Shown: positions 29,630-37,282 of the stretch, piece by piece | How the letters are laid out: every line of letters starts with the position of its first letter | Position numbering within the stretch: position 1 is the first letter of the stretch | Source: Actinomycetota bacterium | GTDB taxonomy: Bacteria; Actinomycetota; Acidimicrobiia; Actinomarinales; Actinomarinaceae | Assembly: GCA_014384285.1 (NCBI GenBank) | Contig: JACNGE010000014.1 | Span: forward strand, 141,316-205,315 | Direction: 5' to 3' | Length of the DNA: 64,000 nt | Made by a program: the position numbers and the translations under genes | The notes under the pieces: generated by a model | Database searches by the model: none | What the model saw: only the letters and a program-made list of their open reading frames with translations | Told to the model about the DNA's origin: nothing

Positions 29630-30232
29630 ATGGCAAAATTTTATTTTTATTACGCAGCAATGAATGCTGGTAAAAGTACCAATCTTCTCCAATCAGCACA
29701 CAACTACGAGGAACGATATATGAAAACACTTATCTTCACACCAAAACTTGATGATAGGTATGGTGTTGGCAAAGTTGCTTCAAGGATTGGTTTAGATAGA
29801 GAGGCTGAAATTTTTGAAGGAGAAGATGATCTTTATGTATGGACTGCGCATGAGAATCAAAGAGAGAAGTTGTCTTGTGTCCTAGTTGACGAAGCACAAT
29901 TTCTTACACCAAAACAAGTACTCCAATTAACTTTGATTGTAGACAAACTAAAAATACCAGTATTGTGTTATGGTCTGAGAACAGATTTTAGAGGAGAGCC
30001 ATTTCCAGGAAGTATCTATTTAATGGCCTGGGCTGACGAGCTTGTAGAGTTAAAAACTATTTGTAAATCAGGTAAGAAAGCAACATTTAATGCAAGGTTA
30101 GACGAAGATGGGAATAGGGTTACTGAAGGAGATCAAGTTTCTATAGGTTTGAATTATGAAGCCCAAGCAAGAGATATTTTTGAATTAGATAAAGTTTCGC
30201 CTATTGACTATCAAATACCAGAAGCTAATTAA
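29630..30232 (+). CDS. tdk: Thymidine kinase
   Basis: P-loop [10 protein letters not shown] and the VDEAQF and [13 protein letters not shown] blocks. Confidence 0.92.
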   Translation: MAKFYFYYAAMNAGKSTNLLQSAHNYEERYMKTLIFTPKLDDRYGVGKVASRIGLDREAEIFEGEDDLYVWTAHENQREKLSCVLVDEAQFLTPKQVLQLTLIVDKLKIPVLCYGLRTDFRGEPFPGSIYLMAWADELVELKTICKSGKKATFNARLDEDGNRVTEGDQVSIGLNYEAQARDIFELDKVSPIDYQIPEAN

Positions 30233-30711
30233 TTAGAATTTTGAAGAGGCGGTTCGGGCCTTGTAGCCAACCAAGTACAGAGTATTAAACCGAATAATCC
30301 AAAAATCAAATCTCCAACCAGTGAGAATGCTATAAAAATTGTGAGTGCAAAGGTTGGGACAATAGTCAATATCGCAACTTTTTTTGCCCTTCTTGATAAG
30401 CCTCTATACTGTTGCCAATTTAAAATCATAGGACCAAAAAGCTTGTGATTTTCAAGCCATAGTGTAAATCTTGTAGAACATTTAGAGAAAGCCCAAGCTG
30501 ATATAAGTATGAAGACAGTTGTAGGTAAACCAGGAACTACTATTCCAACATAACCAAGAGATAATGACAATACTCCTATTGCAAAGAAAACTGGCTTATG
30601 TATCTTTAAAAATAATTTTGGAAAAAATTTGTAGATTATTACAAAAAATAAAATACCTACCCCAATATAAGTAAAAGTTTCATAAGGTACATTACTTATT
30701 AAATTCTCCAT
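30229..30711 (-). CDS. DUF454 (YbaN-like) inner-membrane protein
   Basis: Characteristic [29 protein letters not shown] block. Confidence 0.8.
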   Translation of the reverse strand: MENLISNVPYETFTYIGVGILFFVIIYKFFPKLFLKIHKPVFFAIGVLSLSLGYVGIVVPGLPTTVFILISAWAFSKCSTRFTLWLENHKLFGPMILNWQQYRGLSRRAKKVAILTIVPTFALTIFIAFSLVGDLIFGLFGLILCTWLATRPEPPLQNSN

Positions 30712-30746
30712 GATTACATTATAATTTTAGTGTAATTAATCATAAA

Positions 30747-31424
30747 TCAATTGACGAAGACTCTTTCAGCAATATATTGATCTAAGCCAAAAAATTTCTT
30801 ATGTTCAGTGCTCACAGTAATCGAAAATTTATTACTATCTGCAATACTAATTCTTGAACCAGGAATTATTTTATTTTCCTGAAGAAAACTTATCATAGAA
30901 GAATCTCTTTTTAGTTCTTCAGTAATTTTATTAATATTGTAAATTTTATCTTTTTCTACATCAAGCAAGTTAAGTATTTTTGTTTTTTTATACTCTGAAT
31001 AAGGTATTGGATTTCCAAATAATCCAGTAGTGGGATTTCCAAGTAATGAAAGCATAGCCTTTTCAGTTGTAGGGCTTAAAATATTTTCCCATTTAGCTGC
31101 TTCTTCATAAACTTTTTCCCAAGGAAGTCCCAAAATTTCTGAAAGAAATCTTTCAACTATACGATGTCTTCGAGCAACAGTTTTTGCTAGATGTAAACCT
31201 TTATCAGTAAGCTCAAGATTATCTTGAAATTTTATTAGACCACTGTTTTGCATTCTTCCGGTTATTTGAGAAACATTAGCCCGGCTTACATCAAGCCACT
31301 CCGCAACCCTAGTTTGTTTCACATTAATACCTACTTCATTTAGATGAAATATTGCAACAGCTTGAGTGTAAAAAGATGAAGGAAGTTTTTCCATTTCTTC
31401 ATGTGAAAGTAGTTCTTTAGCCAT
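30747..31424 (-). CDS. DtxR/IdeR/MntR-family metal-dependent transcriptional repressor with a C-terminal SH3-like/FeoA-like domain
   Basis: It aligns by eye to DtxR (ARRHRIVERFL..ILGL....V.EEA..WE, FGNPIP). It is divergent from an iron-type ABC importer. Confidence 0.85.
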   Translation of the reverse strand: MAKELLSHEEMEKLPSSFYTQAVAIFHLNEVGINVKQTRVAEWLDVSRANVSQITGRMQNSGLIKFQDNLELTDKGLHLAKTVARRHRIVERFLSEILGLPWEKVYEEAAKWENILSPTTEKAMLSLLGNPTTGLFGNPIPYSEYKKTKILNLLDVEKDKIYNINKITEELKRDSSMISFLQENKIIPGSRISIADSNKFSITVSTEHKKFFGLDQYIAERVFVN

Positions 31425-31433
31425 ATTAAATAT

Positions 31434-31453
31434 ATGTTAACAATTATTAACAT
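31434..31453. promoter_or_regulatory. Palindromic operator copy 1 (ATGTTAA-N6-TTAACAT), 10 nt upstream of the repressor start codon
   Basis: ATGTTAACAATTATTAACAT. The 7-nt arms are perfect reverse complements, and 18 of 20 positions are palindromic. Confidence 0.6.
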
Positions 31454-31568
31454 TTTGAGAAAGTAAAGGGTAAATATTTAATTTCTTCATAATGACAGAC
31501 TTATAAATAACACAACAAGAAATAATCATTTTAGTAAAAACTAAAAAAATTACTTTTTGTATATTTAA

Positions 31569-31588
31569 ATGTTAAGTATAATTAACAT
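31569..31588. promoter_or_regulatory. Palindromic operator copy 2 (ATGTTAA-N6-TTAACAT), overlapping a TATAAT -10 box upstream of the iron-binding-protein gene
   Basis: ATGTTAAGTATAATTAACAT has the same perfect 7-nt arms. TATAAT at 31577-31582 lies inside it, and it ends 32 nt before the ATG at 31620. Confidence 0.6.
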
Positions 31589-31619
31589 AATTAAAGAAAT
31601 TTAAACAAAAAAGGAAATT

Positions 31620-32663
31620 ATGTTTAAAAAATCTAGTGCACTTTTTTTATTTACATTTTTGATATTTTCAGCATGTAACCAGAATACAGCAGAAGATGTT
31701 CATGATGAGATAGTTGATAAGGTTAATGAAGAATCAGCAGGTTCCTTAGTTATATACAGTGGAAGACAAGAAAGTTTAGTTTCTGAATTAATAAACAGTT
31801 TTTCAGCTGAAACAGGTGTTGTAGTTGAAGTGAGATATGCGAAAAGTTCTTCTTTAGCTGGAACCTTATCACTTGAGGGAGCAATGAGTCCAGCAGATGT
31901 ATTCTTATCACAAGATCCTCTAAGTCTAAGTATTGTTGCTAACGAAGACCTATTTGAGATTTTGCCTCAAAATATATTAAAAAATATCCCTGCTTGGGCT
32001 GTTGACCCAAATGGCTACTGGGTTGGTATTTCAGGTAGATCTCGCGCTCTCGTTGTAGACAAAAGAGATGTTTCTGATGCCGAGCTACCTGAAGAAATAT
32101 ATGGTTTAAATAGTGAAAATTTTAGGGGAAGGCTTGGTTTGGCACCAACCAATTCCTCATTCATTGCGATGGTTTCATGTATGCTGTCTCAGGACGGAGA
32201 GGAAAAAGTTTTTGAGTGGTTAACTGGTATCAATAGTCTTGAATATACAGAATATCCAAAGAACTCTCCGCAGGTTGCAGCGGCAGCTGCAGGTGAGTTA
32301 GATATTGGAATGATCAATCATTACTACACATTAAGAACAATTGCGGAAGCGGGAGATATCCCTATCAAAAATGTATTCCTCAAAAGAGGTTGTGGAGCAA
32401 TGGTCATGCCTTCTGGAGTAGGGATTCTCTCTTCAAGTAAAAATAAAGTTGCCGCTATTTCATTTGTTGAATATTTACATTCCAAGAGTGCACAAGAGCA
32501 TTTTACCAATAGCGTATTCGAGTTCCCACTTGTTACAGGCATAACTCCAAATGTACTACTACCAGATACGGATAGCTTGAATTCATCCCAAGATTTAGAC
32601 TGGTCTGCTTTAGTTTCATGGCAAGACAAAGCTGTAGAACTAATCGCTAAAGCAGGTTTTTGA
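31620..32663 (+). CDS. Fe(3+)-type ABC transporter substrate-binding lipoprotein (FbpA/AfuA-like)
   Basis: Lipobox LIFSAC and a family-1 solute-binding fold (VIYSGRQESL...). First gene of an SBP, double-domain permease, ATPase operon next to a DtxR-family gene. Confidence 0.8.
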   Translation: MFKKSSALFLFTFLIFSACNQNTAEDVHDEIVDKVNEESAGSLVIYSGRQESLVSELINSFSAETGVVVEVRYAKSSSLAGTLSLEGAMSPADVFLSQDPLSLSIVANEDLFEILPQNILKNIPAWAVDPNGYWVGISGRSRALVVDKRDVSDAELPEEIYGLNSENFRGRLGLAPTNSSFIAMVSCMLSQDGEEKVFEWLTGINSLEYTEYPKNSPQVAAAAAGELDIGMINHYYTLRTIAEAGDIPIKNVFLKRGCGAMVMPSGVGILSSSKNKVAAISFVEYLHSKSAQEHFTNSVFEFPLVTGITPNVLLPDTDSLNSSQDLDWSALVSWQDKAVELIAKAGF

Positions 32664-32742
32664 TCAAGAAGTGAAATTTTTTCAAAGTAAGGATTAAAAA
32701 TTGGTGATACTAATCCAGGTAGAATTTTTCTTTATTTAATTA

Positions 32743-34323
32743 ATGAATCCAGATAGTCTAAATGGTGTGAAAACACCAAAAATACTATTTTTTTCAAATA
32801 TAGTAATTCTGAGCATATTTCTAATGCCAATATTTTATTTGGTCTATAGATTTTTAAATTTTTCGACATCTTATACCAGCTTTTTCAATTCGTGGAATGT
32901 TTTAGATTTAGTTGGCAACACTTTTCTCTTGTTTGTTTTTGTTGTTTTATCCAGTTTAACTGTCGGTATCTCAATTTCGATTATTACTGTTCGTTTCAAT
33001 ATTTCATACCCTAAATTATTTTTTACTTTATCCGTGCTCCCATTAGTTATACCTTCTTACATAGGCGCACTAACTTATATTTCTGCCTTTTCGTCAAAAG
33101 GATTATATGTTCAACTTTTTTCTAATTTAGGAGTTACTGAAATTTCTGGAATCGATGGATTTTTTGGTAGTTGGTTGGTTCTTACATTATTTACATACCC
33201 TTATGTGTTACTGATTTGTAGTACTGCTCTTAGAAACCTTGACTCTTCAGTTGAGGATGCGGCAAGATCCTTAGGTAAAAATAAGTTCCAAATTTACACC
33301 CAAGTTGTAGTTCCTAGATTAAAAAAACCTATAATCTTTTCTGGATTATTAGTTGGCTTATATGTAATGTCAGATTTTGGTGCAGTTTCTTTAATGAGGT
33401 ATCCAACCTTAACAAAAGCTATTTATAGCTACTATGAACTAAAAATTGATGGTGATCCGGTAATATTCTACTCCAGCTTATTAATAGTCATGGCATTATT
33501 CATTAGTTTCATTCAAAGAGGAACTGATTTGAGTAAATCTTCAAAAGTTTCTGGGACACCTAAGATTTCAGAAAGAAGCAATTTAGGTGCGAAGTCAAAA
33601 TTTTTTGTATACCTCTTTCTAGTTTTTATAATTATCATGAGTTTAATTCTTCCAATTTCGGTTCTTAGCTACTGGTTAATTCGTGGATTAATTTCAGGAA
33701 ACAGTGTTAGAGCAGTTTTTGGAGGTGTTGTGGGATCCTTAAGTACTTCACTTATTGCTGCATTATTCTCGGTAATTATTGCAACACCAATAGTGATTAT
33801 GGTTTCACAATATAGATCTAAGTTTGGAAACTTTCTTGAAAGAATTATGTTAGCTCTTTATGGGCTGCCACACATTGCGGTAGGAGTATCTATATTATTT
33901 ATAACAATTAAAATCTTCCCCTCAATTTATCAAAGTTTTACAGCACTTATCATCTCATATTTGATAGTTTTCTTACCTCAGGCGATAGCAACAGGCCAAG
34001 CATCTATGGAACAAGTTAAGGCATCATATCTTGATGCAAGTGATGGATTAGGAAATTCAAAATTTCAAACATTTTATAGAATTACATTGCCTCTAATTTA
34101 CAGAGGTTTGATTGCTGGTGGAGCTTTAGTTTTCTTATCTACAATGAAAGAATTACCACAAACTTTACTTTTAAGACCAACAGGACTGAATACTATGGCT
34201 GTAGATATTTGGTCATATGCGTCTGAAGGACTCTTTACTCAAGCAGCTTTTTCTTCATTTATTTTGTTGGCAATAAGCGCTATTCCTACTTATATATTAA
34301 GTACAAGGAATTTAACAAAATAA
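32743..34323 (+). CDS. Fe(3+)-type ABC transporter permease, duplicated two-domain form (FbpB-like)
   Basis: 526 aa with two EAA-loop motifs (DAARSLGKNKFQIYTQVVVPRL and DASDGLGNSKFQTFYRITLPL). Confidence 0.85.
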   Translation: MNPDSLNGVKTPKILFFSNIVILSIFLMPIFYLVYRFLNFSTSYTSFFNSWNVLDLVGNTFLLFVFVVLSSLTVGISISIITVRFNISYPKLFFTLSVLPLVIPSYIGALTYISAFSSKGLYVQLFSNLGVTEISGIDGFFGSWLVLTLFTYPYVLLICSTALRNLDSSVEDAARSLGKNKFQIYTQVVVPRLKKPIIFSGLLVGLYVMSDFGAVSLMRYPTLTKAIYSYYELKIDGDPVIFYSSLLIVMALFISFIQRGTDLSKSSKVSGTPKISERSNLGAKSKFFVYLFLVFIIIMSLILPISVLSYWLIRGLISGNSVRAVFGGVVGSLSTSLIAALFSVIIATPIVIMVSQYRSKFGNFLERIMLALYGLPHIAVGVSILFITIKIFPSIYQSFTALIISYLIVFLPQAIATGQASMEQVKASYLDASDGLGNSKFQTFYRITLPLIYRGLIAGGALVFLSTMKELPQTLLLRPTGLNTMAVDIWSYASEGLFTQAAFSSFILLAISAIPTYILSTRNLTK

Positions 34324-35348
34324 TGGTATTTGATAGTCTTATTCTTAGAGCGAGGGGCCTCTCCAAGTCGTATGGTCATGAGTCTGTATTGAACAACTTC
34401 AATATAGATATTTGGGAAGGTTCAATATTTGGTATTTTAGGTACTTCAGGTTCTGGAAAAACTACTGCTCTTCGAATGCTTGCAGGGTTTGAAATACCCG
34501 ATTCAGGAAGTATTGAAATGCATAACAAAATAATTTTTAATAACGAGATTAATTTACCACCTGAAAACAGAAATATAGGAATGGTTTTCCAAGATTATGC
34601 TCTTTTCCCACATTTAAATGTAGAAAAAAATATTGCATTTGGATTAACTAAACAAGAACAAAATTCAGGGAGACTTCAAGAGGTAATAGAAATGTGCAAT
34701 TTAACAAAGTATAAAAACAAAATTCCACAAGAACTTTCCGGAGGACAGCAGCAGAGAGTAGCATTAGCAAGAGCACTTGCTCCTCGCCCCGAAATGATAC
34801 TTTTGGACGAACCATTTACTAGCTTAGACGCACAAATGGCGAGAGTATTACGAGATGAAGTGGTCTCACTTCTAAGAGAGACTGAGACAACTGCGATTAT
34901 TGTTACACATGATCAAGAAGAGGCATTGTCTATCTGTGACATAGTTAGTGTCCTTGAAAATGGAAATGTAATACAGAGTGCTACACCACAAGAAATTTAC
35001 TTAAACCCCATTAGCAGGTCTGTCGCAAATTCTGTAGGAGATCCAAATATTTTAAAAGGTTTTTCTGTAGATGGCAGAGTAGAGACTTCTTTAGGAAGTT
35101 TTGTTTCAGCATACGAAGGAGCCTTAGATGTTGCTATTCGTCCTGAATGTATTGAAATAAGCTTAAATTCAACAGGACCTTATACCGTTAAAGAATGTAT
35201 TTTCTATGGGCATGACCAAGTAATTTCATTTCAGAATAATAAAGGAGAAGAATTTAGAGCAAGATCTCTTCCTTCAGTAATTTATGAGCCAGGTGACAAA
35301 ATTTGTATAGAGATTTCTGAAGTTACTACTTTCCCATCAAAGAACTAA
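34323..35348 (+). CDS. Fe(3+)-type ABC transporter ATP-binding protein (FbpC-like, with a C-terminal TOBE-like domain)
   Basis: Walker A GTSGSGKTT, signature LSGGQQQRVALARAL, Walker B ILLDEPF. Its 341-aa length implies an extra C-terminal domain. Confidence 0.88.
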   Translation: MVFDSLILRARGLSKSYGHESVLNNFNIDIWEGSIFGILGTSGSGKTTALRMLAGFEIPDSGSIEMHNKIIFNNEINLPPENRNIGMVFQDYALFPHLNVEKNIAFGLTKQEQNSGRLQEVIEMCNLTKYKNKIPQELSGGQQQRVALARALAPRPEMILLDEPFTSLDAQMARVLRDEVVSLLRETETTAIIVTHDQEEALSICDIVSVLENGNVIQSATPQEIYLNPISRSVANSVGDPNILKGFSVDGRVETSLGSFVSAYEGALDVAIRPECIEISLNSTGPYTVKECIFYGHDQVISFQNNKGEEFRARSLPSVIYEPGDKICIEISEVTTFPSKN

Positions 35349-35564
35349 TTTAATTTTTGAGACTCTGCCCGCAATAGCCTGAAGAGCTATTTCAGCCTCA
35401 GATAAATAGTTTGAGGCTCTTTTAATATCATTTTCAGCAATAAACTCTCTTGAATTAGCTAAAGATTTAGCTGTAGTTGTTAATTCAGTAATTAAATCTT
35501 CAATTTCTTTATTAATTTCATTATTATCCATGTGTGTAATAATAGTTTTATACATATTTAACAA
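35337..35564 (-). CDS. Hypothetical small helical protein (64-75 aa)
   Basis: A 75-codon open frame is unlikely by chance in DNA this AT-rich. The predicted protein is helical and charged. The likelier start is the internal ATG at 35531 (MDNNEINKE...), because the 35564 start leaves only 15 nt before the divergent heliorhodopsin gene. Confidence 0.45.
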   Translation of the reverse strand: MLNMYKTIITHMDNNEINKEIEDLITELTTTAKSLANSREFIAENDIKRASNYLSEAEIALQAIAGRVSKIKLVL

Positions 35565-35579
35565 AAAGGTAAATCACTA

Positions 35580-36383
35580 ATGGAAGCAAAAATACAAAAA
35601 CTTAAAAAATTTAATTTAAGAATGGGATTAGTTCACCTAATTCAAGGGGCGGGTCTGTTTTATCTAGGAACCGTAGTTAATACTGGCTTCACAGTTCCAT
35701 TAACAGTTACACAACTTGTTGGAGTTGGCACTCCAGAAGATCCTTCCAGTTTTGCTTTAGTGCCCGAATTACAAGTATGGCGAGAAGTATCCAATTTCGG
35801 TCCTGCTGTAGCTACATTCCTATTAGCTTCAGCGTTTGCCCATTTTCTTATATCAGGACCTTTCTACAACAAGTACAAGGAAGACTTAATGAAAGGTATT
35901 AATAAAGTTCGTTGGATCGAGTATTCAATAAGTGCATCCGTAATGATTGTGCTCATTGCTTTATTAGTTGGAATATATGACGTTTGGGCGCTTGCAGGAA
36001 TATTCGTAATGAATGCAGCTATGTGCTGGTTTGGATGGATGATGGAAGTTCACAACCAATATACTGATAAGGTTGACTGGACATCTTATATTATGGGTTG
36101 TTTGGCTGGAATTGCACCCTGGATATTTATTTTTATTAACTTAATTGGGGATGGGGTCGCTACTGATGCAAACCCTCAAGGAGTACCTCAATTTGTCGTT
36201 TGGATATTTGTCAGCATCTTCTTATTTTTTAATACTTTTTCTATCAATATGATTCTGCAATACAAGGGTGTGGGAAAGTGGAAAGACTATTTATATGGAG
36301 AAAGAGCTTATATATGGTTGAGTTTATTAGCTAAAACATGTCTCGCTTGGCAGGTATTTGCAGGAACTTATCAGCCAAACTAA
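35580..36383 (+). CDS. Heliorhodopsin (7-TM retinal-binding protein with inverted topology)
   Basis: Full-length similarity by eye to heliorhodopsin 48C12 as I remember it. Matching blocks are FN...G.VHLIQ, AFAHF, RWIEYSISASVMIVLIA, FGW, CLAGIAPW, LFFFNTF...LQYKGVGKW.DYLYGERAYI.LSLLAKTCLAWQVFAGT. The putative Schiff-base residue is Lys252 and the counterion is Glu114. The N-terminus is K/R-rich. Confidence 0.9.
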   Translation: MEAKIQKLKKFNLRMGLVHLIQGAGLFYLGTVVNTGFTVPLTVTQLVGVGTPEDPSSFALVPELQVWREVSNFGPAVATFLLASAFAHFLISGPFYNKYKEDLMKGINKVRWIEYSISASVMIVLIALLVGIYDVWALAGIFVMNAAMCWFGWMMEVHNQYTDKVDWTSYIMGCLAGIAPWIFIFINLIGDGVATDANPQGVPQFVVWIFVSIFLFFNTFSINMILQYKGVGKWKDYLYGERAYIWLSLLAKTCLAWQVFAGTYQPN

Positions 36384-36459
36384 TTAGGTTATTTAATTTT
36401 CCTACCAAAGAAAATTACTAATAGAATTATTAACAAGAGTCCTATATAAGTAAATGCCA

Positions 36460-37266
36460 CTAATCTTTTTTTCTTATTTTTTTAGACAATCTGAAAATTA
36501 TATACACAGGAAGCAGAATTAACCCCAGTGAAACTGTAAGTCCCACAATGCCCTCAATCCAATTCAGACTTCTCTGAAAGTAGTAATTCCAAGAAAATAG
36601 TGATATTCCTGATCCCTCTCTTACATTTAAAGTTAGTGTTGAATATGAAGTCGCATTCTCATAAAATTCTTTTTGACCTTTGAGTCTTTCAATATCCTGA
36701 TTTACATAACGAAGTTGATTCTGAACTTCCAATCGTTCCGAAGTTGTTTTTGCTTCTAATTTAATTTCATCTAGTGCTTTTTTTTCGTTAAGAAGGGAAG
36801 ATAAACGTGAATCAATATCTAATACATAAGTTGTAACATCATTTGCGTTAACACTTATTTGTGAAAACTTTTTTATATTTTCTACGTCAATTAAAAATAA
36901 ATCAAAATCTTCAGCTGGAACGTTTACTGTAATACTGAAATTTTTTAGACCCTGGTAGTTACTTGATAGGTATGTATCAGTTATATTTCCTCCATATTGT
37001 TTTACAAGATTTTGGAACTCACTAACTTTATCGTCAAAATTAGAACTACTAACATCGACACTACCGTATGCAGACTTTAAGATATATTCTCCTTGAGAGA
37101 TAGAGTCACTTTCCATAGTGTCTGCGCTTATTCTAGAAGATGTGTAAGGCTCGTTAACAGGCATCATTCCTATTTCAGATTGACTATCACCGAAAAAATC
37201 TGTCGAAATTGAACCACTACATGCACCTATAAATAAACCGATTAATGTTAATTTAAAATATTTCAT
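36460..37266 (-). CDS. DUF4349-like lipoprotein (N-terminal lipobox, central coiled coil, C-terminal TM anchor)
   Basis: Lipobox LFIGACSG, a coiled-coil segment (LSSLLNEKKALDEIKLEAK...RLKGQKE), and a C-terminal TM helix followed by a KKIRKKD tail. Confidence 0.65.
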   Translation of the reverse strand: MKYFKLTLIGLFIGACSGSISTDFFGDSQSEIGMMPVNEPYTSSRISADTMESDSISQGEYILKSAYGSVDVSSSNFDDKVSEFQNLVKQYGGNITDTYLSSNYQGLKNFSITVNVPAEDFDLFLIDVENIKKFSQISVNANDVTTYVLDIDSRLSSLLNEKKALDEIKLEAKTTSERLEVQNQLRYVNQDIERLKGQKEFYENATSYSTLTLNVREGSGISLFSWNYYFQRSLNWIEGIVGLTVSLGLILLPVYIIFRLSKKIRKKD

Positions 37267-37282
37267 AAACCTATATTAGTGT

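Noticed and set aside
32691-32716. The inverted repeat GGATTA-N14-TAATCC between the iron binding-protein and permease genes, as a possible intra-operon attenuator.
   Set aside because: The stem is only 6 bp with a 14-nt loop and the context is AT-rich, so it is not distinguishable from chance.
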